DNA of 64,000 nucleotides from Alphaproteobacteria bacterium (GTDB lineage Bacteria; Pseudomonadota; Alphaproteobacteria; RF32; CAG-239): NCBI GenBank assembly GCA_015062235.1, contig SUUZ01000004.1, positions 17,497 to 81,496 of the forward strand, read 5' to 3'. Shown piece by piece: positions 60,646 to 64,000 of this stretch (position 1 is its first letter; each line of letters starts with the position of its first letter). The notes under the pieces were generated by a model. It saw only the letters and a program-made list of their open reading frames with translations, ran no database searches and was not told where the DNA came from. The position numbers and the translations under genes were made by a program.

Positions 60646-61441
60646 TAACTAAATCATCTATCTTATTTAAAATTTTTGAAGTACTTCGTTCAACACCTCC
60701 AGATTTCCATTCTACTCGACAATCAGATATGCCTAAAGAAGTGTCTTTATGTACCGAAATTTTGCCTTCAAAATCATTTTGTTCTGCTAAACGTCCCAAA
60801 CTATTTGCCACTAAAGCTACAGCATCAGGATGGAAAGCAAATGATAATGTGTCTTGAGCAGCAAAATTAGCAAAATTATCTGACAAAAAACTTTTAATTT
60901 CAGCTTCTGCTCGCTCACGTTCTAATGTTGGTAATATTTTTCTCACCAACTCTACAGCAAACCTTAAACTTGATACTTCTAAATCTTTTTTCTTTTGGTC
61001 TAAATCAGTTAAAATAGTTAATAGTTTATTCTTGATATCTTCTAATAATATGTTTTGCTTTTCTGTTTCTTGTTCTAGAGCTTCTTGAAGTCCTTTTTGA
61101 TACGACACCTCTTCCGCTTGACGAATAGCTTCTTTTAATTCATCTTCCGAGTATGTTATCTCATTAACTATAGGCTGCGTAAAAATATTTTCTGGCTCGA
61201 CCTCAGGTTCTGCTTCTATAATGGGTTCCACCTCTGTAATAATGTCTTGTTCTAATTCATTTTGAACTTCTACTATAGTATCTTCTACCTGTTCTACAAC
61301 GATATTAATATCTTCATCATTGTCAATTTGTGTAGGTATATTAATTTCACATACTTCTGTAACAATATCAGTTTCAACGCCTTTTTCTTTGTTATCTTCG
61401 ACAACAAAGTTATCAAACATGTATTTCTGATAATTTACCAC
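60614..61441 (-). CDS. FliH/FlbE-like flagellar assembly protein
   Basis: 275 aa acidic protein with a FliH-like C-terminal region, positioned between fliG and fliN (flbE slot). Confidence 0.55.
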   Translation of the reverse strand: MVNYQKYMFDNFVVEDNKEKGVETDIVTEVCEINIPTQIDNDEDINIVVEQVEDTIVEVQNELEQDIITEVEPIIEAEPEVEPENIFTQPIVNEITYSEDELKEAIRQAEEVSYQKGLQEALEQETEKQNILLEDIKNKLLTILTDLDQKKKDLEVSSLRFAVELVRKILPTLERERAEAEIKSFLSDNFANFAAQDTLSFAFHPDAVALVANSLGRLAEQNDFEGKISVHKDTSLGISDCRVEWKSGGVERSTSKILNKIDDLVNDNTEERENG

Positions 61442-61459
61442 TTAATACTAATTCCCTTA

Positions 61460-62488
61460 TTAATAAACTAATTCATCGCTGTCTTTACCCTCAGAAACAA
61501 CTATTTCTCCGCTATTAGCTAAATCTTTAGCTGTAGCAACAATATATTGTTGAGCTTCTTCGACATCACGCATACGAACAGGTCCCATTGCATCCATATC
61601 TTCTTTAATAATTTTACCCGCACGAGTAGACATATTGTTGAAGAATAAATCTTTGAGAGTATCTGAAGCTCCTTTTAGAGCGACAGCAAGCTTGTCTTTA
61701 TCGACATTACGCAATAATATTTGGATACCTTGAGAATCAATCCTAGTAAGATCTTCAAAAGTAAACATCAAAGACTTAACTCGTTCAGCACTTTCACGAT
61801 TGCGCTCTTCTAAAGCATCCATAAAACGATTTTCTGTATTTCTATCTAATGAATTGAAAATATCGGCAATTAGCTCATGAGCATCACGACGAGTAGATTT
61901 TGACAAATTGCTCATAAACTCTTTGCGTAAAGTTTTTTCCAAACTATCAAGAACTTCTTTTTGAACAGAATCCATTCTTAACATACGCATAACTATTTCC
62001 ATTGCAAAGTTTTCTGGAAATAAAGCTATCACTTTTGCCGCGTGTTCTGCTTTGATTTTTGATAAAATAACTGCAATGGTTTGAGGATATTCATTCTTTA
62101 AATAATTAGCCAGAACATGTTCATTAACGTTACCTAGCTTATCCCACATTGTACGTCCAGCTGGGCCTCGTATTTCTTCCATAATTATGGAAACCCTATC
62201 TTTATCCAAGGCTTTGGCTAACAATCTTTCGGTACTTTCATATGTTCCAACTAGACTACCTGTATTAGTAATTTTTTCATTAAATTCTACAATCAACTGT
62301 TCTATAATATTGGAATTGATCTTACCTAAAGAAGCCATGATTACAGACAATTCTTTAATTTCTTCATCATCCATTAAAGAGAAAAGACTTGCTGAACGCT
62401 CCTCATCAAGAGAAAGCATTAAAATTGCTGCCTTTTGTTGACCAGATAATAGATTGTAATCATCAATAACATTTTGCTTCATAACCAT
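61460..62488 (-). CDS. fliG: flagellar motor switch protein FliG
   Basis: 342 aa. MFTFEDL and the conserved charged C-terminal torque helix region are typical of FliG. Confidence 0.9.
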   Translation of the reverse strand: MVMKQNVIDDYNLLSGQQKAAILMLSLDEERSASLFSLMDDEEIKELSVIMASLGKINSNIIEQLIVEFNEKITNTGSLVGTYESTERLLAKALDKDRVSIIMEEIRGPAGRTMWDKLGNVNEHVLANYLKNEYPQTIAVILSKIKAEHAAKVIALFPENFAMEIVMRMLRMDSVQKEVLDSLEKTLRKEFMSNLSKSTRRDAHELIADIFNSLDRNTENRFMDALEERNRESAERVKSLMFTFEDLTRIDSQGIQILLRNVDKDKLAVALKGASDTLKDLFFNNMSTRAGKIIKEDMDAMGPVRMRDVEEAQQYIVATAKDLANSGEIVVSEGKDSDELVY

Positions 62489-62493
62489 TGTTT

Positions 62494-64000
62494 TTAACCT
62501 TCGTTATTATATAACCAAGAGCGAATAACATTGACAGCTGCATCAGGATTCTTTTCAACTGTTGAATTAAGACTCTTCAAAGAAGATACCTTAATACGTC
62601 CATCCACCTTATTAAGATTAACTAGCTCTTCTGCTGTTTCATCAAAATTATCACTTAAGAAATTAGAGAGCAGTAAATTATCTTCTTCAGTGCCAGATGA
62701 AATTAATTTTTCTGCTGGGTTGCTATTTGATACTTCAAATGCATTGTTAATCAGAGGCCTTATAACTAGTAAAATAACTAATATAGCAACAATTGCAACT
62801 CCTAAACCTTCAGCCATACGCATCAATTCTGATTTACTGAATCCCATGTAAAGAGTTTCTGGTAATGCTTCTGTTTCATCAATAAATGAGGAGAATCTTA
62901 TATTTTCTACTTCAACTAAATCTCCTCTATTTGCATCATATCCAACAGCCGCTTTAACTAAATTGGTTAGTCTTTCCATTTCTTCAGCTGTACGAGGTTG
63001 ATATACTAAGCGTCCTTTTTCGTTTCTTTTATAAGTACCATCAACTGAAACCGCAGCTGTAACACGACGAATCGTACCTGTATTTTTAATTTTGTTACGA
63101 ACCACGCGAGAAATTTCATAATTAATAGTTTCTTCAGTTTTAGAAATTGTACCAAAACCATTACCAAAAGTGGGAAATGAACTATCTCCATTAGGAATAT
63201 TTTGCCCTACCGTAACAGGCTGTCCTGCCTCTTGCCCAGAAGTTCCCTCTTCTGTCATACTTGCTTGTGAACGAACCACTTGACTATCTGGATCATAAAT
63301 TTCTTCATTAGTAACAACTTCATCAAAATCCATCTCCAAATTGACCTGAGCTTGAGCTTTTCCAACTCCTAGGCTTTTTTCCAACACTTCTTGTAAACGC
63401 CTATTCATTTTCTGCTCTTGTTCTAAACGCATAGCCTCATTTGAAGACTTTTTAACGATCTCGTTCTGTTCTTCACTAAACTCTGTCAATAAATTACCAT
63501 TAGAATCAACTATTGAAATATTTTTCATATCAAGTTTTGGAACTGCTGCGGCAATTAACTTCTGAATAGATTGAATACTATGAGCACTTAATGAACCATC
63601 TTTAGTTTTAATAACTACCGAAGCCGAAGGAGTCTGCTCTTCACGAGAGAATAACTCGCGCTTAGGCATAACCAGATGTACTCGTGCTGAACGAATATTA
63701 TCAACAGACATTATTGTACGAGCTAGTTCCCCCTCAAGAGCTCTCAACAAATTGACATTTTGAACAAAATTGGTTGAACCTAAAGCATCTGTGTTATCAA
63801 AAACTTCGTATCCTACATTAGCACGAGTAGAACCTAAAGCGAGATCAACCGTGTCTAAACGAAGCCTATTAACGTCTTCTACAGGAACCCAAACCTCTGT
63901 TCCATTTTTTTCAAGCCGATAATCAATATTGGCAGAATCGAGTTTATCAGCTATCTGTTTTGCATCTTCTAGTTCTAAATCAGAATACAAAACAGCATAG
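62494..64000 (-). CDS. fliF: flagellar M-ring protein FliF (C-terminal ~500 aa; N-terminus beyond window edge)
   Basis: FliF periplasmic and C-terminal FliG-binding regions. The frame stays open to the window end (the tabulated start is a TTG read as M; the upstream codons YAV.. continue). Confidence 0.85.
   Translation of the reverse strand, partial: YAVLYSDLELEDAKQIADKLDSANIDYRLEKNGTEVWVPVEDVNRLRLDTVDLALGSTRANVGYEVFDNTDALGSTNFVQNVNLLRALEGELARTIMSVDNIRSARVHLVMPKRELFSREEQTPSASVVIKTKDGSLSAHSIQSIQKLIAAAVPKLDMKNISIVDSNGNLLTEFSEEQNEIVKKSSNEAMRLEQEQKMNRRLQEVLEKSLGVGKAQAQVNLEMDFDEVVTNEEIYDPDSQVVRSQASMTEEGTSGQEAGQPVTVGQNIPNGDSSFPTFGNGFGTISKTEETINYEISRVVRNKIKNTGTIRRVTAAVSVDGTYKRNEKGRLVYQPRTAEEMERLTNLVKAAVGYDANRGDLVEVENIRFSSFIDETEALPETLYMGFSKSELMRMAEGLGVAIVAILVILLVIRPLINNAFEVSNSNPAEKLISSGTEEDNLLLSNFLSDNFDETAEELVNLNKVDGRIKVSSLKSLNSTVEKNPDAAVNVIRSWLYNNEG

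Overview
This is an AT-rich window (roughly one third GC by eye) from an alphaproteobacterial chromosome. The codon usage, a Rickettsia-17-kDa-like glycine-zipper lipoprotein, eukaryote-like effector candidates and conserved alpha-type synteny (prmC-DUF4167-clpB, lpxC-bamD-recN, tolC-popZ-valS, zauP-zapA-6S, fliF-fliG-flbE-fliN-flbD-flhA) suggest a reduced, probably host-associated Rickettsiales/Holosporales-like lineage that keeps a flagellum. Most of the window is housekeeping: birA, an orphan nuoL/M/N-like antiporter module, clpB, rpoH, asnS, pgk, gap, argS, gltX, recN, bamD, lpxC, mraZ-rsmH-ftsL-ftsI, tolC, popZ, valS, rpmE, efp, zapA, and a 9-gene flagellar class-II operon running off the right edge. 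I also call four RNA genes not in the ORF track: tRNA-Lys(UUU), RNase P RNA (rnpB) abutting lpxC, and a probable 6S RNA after zapA. The most unusual part is a ~7 kb accessory segment that truncates the dcw cluster after ftsI. It carries a Cys-rich secreted protein, a large highly charged effector-like protein and an orphan glycogen phosphorylase. All three genes are preceded, in the same orientation, by a copy of one ~70-100 bp element containing a strong SD plus a conserved mini-ORF (MPYLAH.. / ..MKPYLAL). This looks like a shared leader-peptide or regulatory module and is my best candidate for an undescribed system. Other accessory signals are a tRNA-Lys 3'-end duplication 210 bp downstream of the tRNA (att-like scar) next to a 639-aa Cys-nucleophile hydrolase-like effector candidate, and a compositionally foreign (GC-rich) 255-aa gene wedged between rnpB and mraZ. 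I saw no CRISPR array, integrase or transposase.
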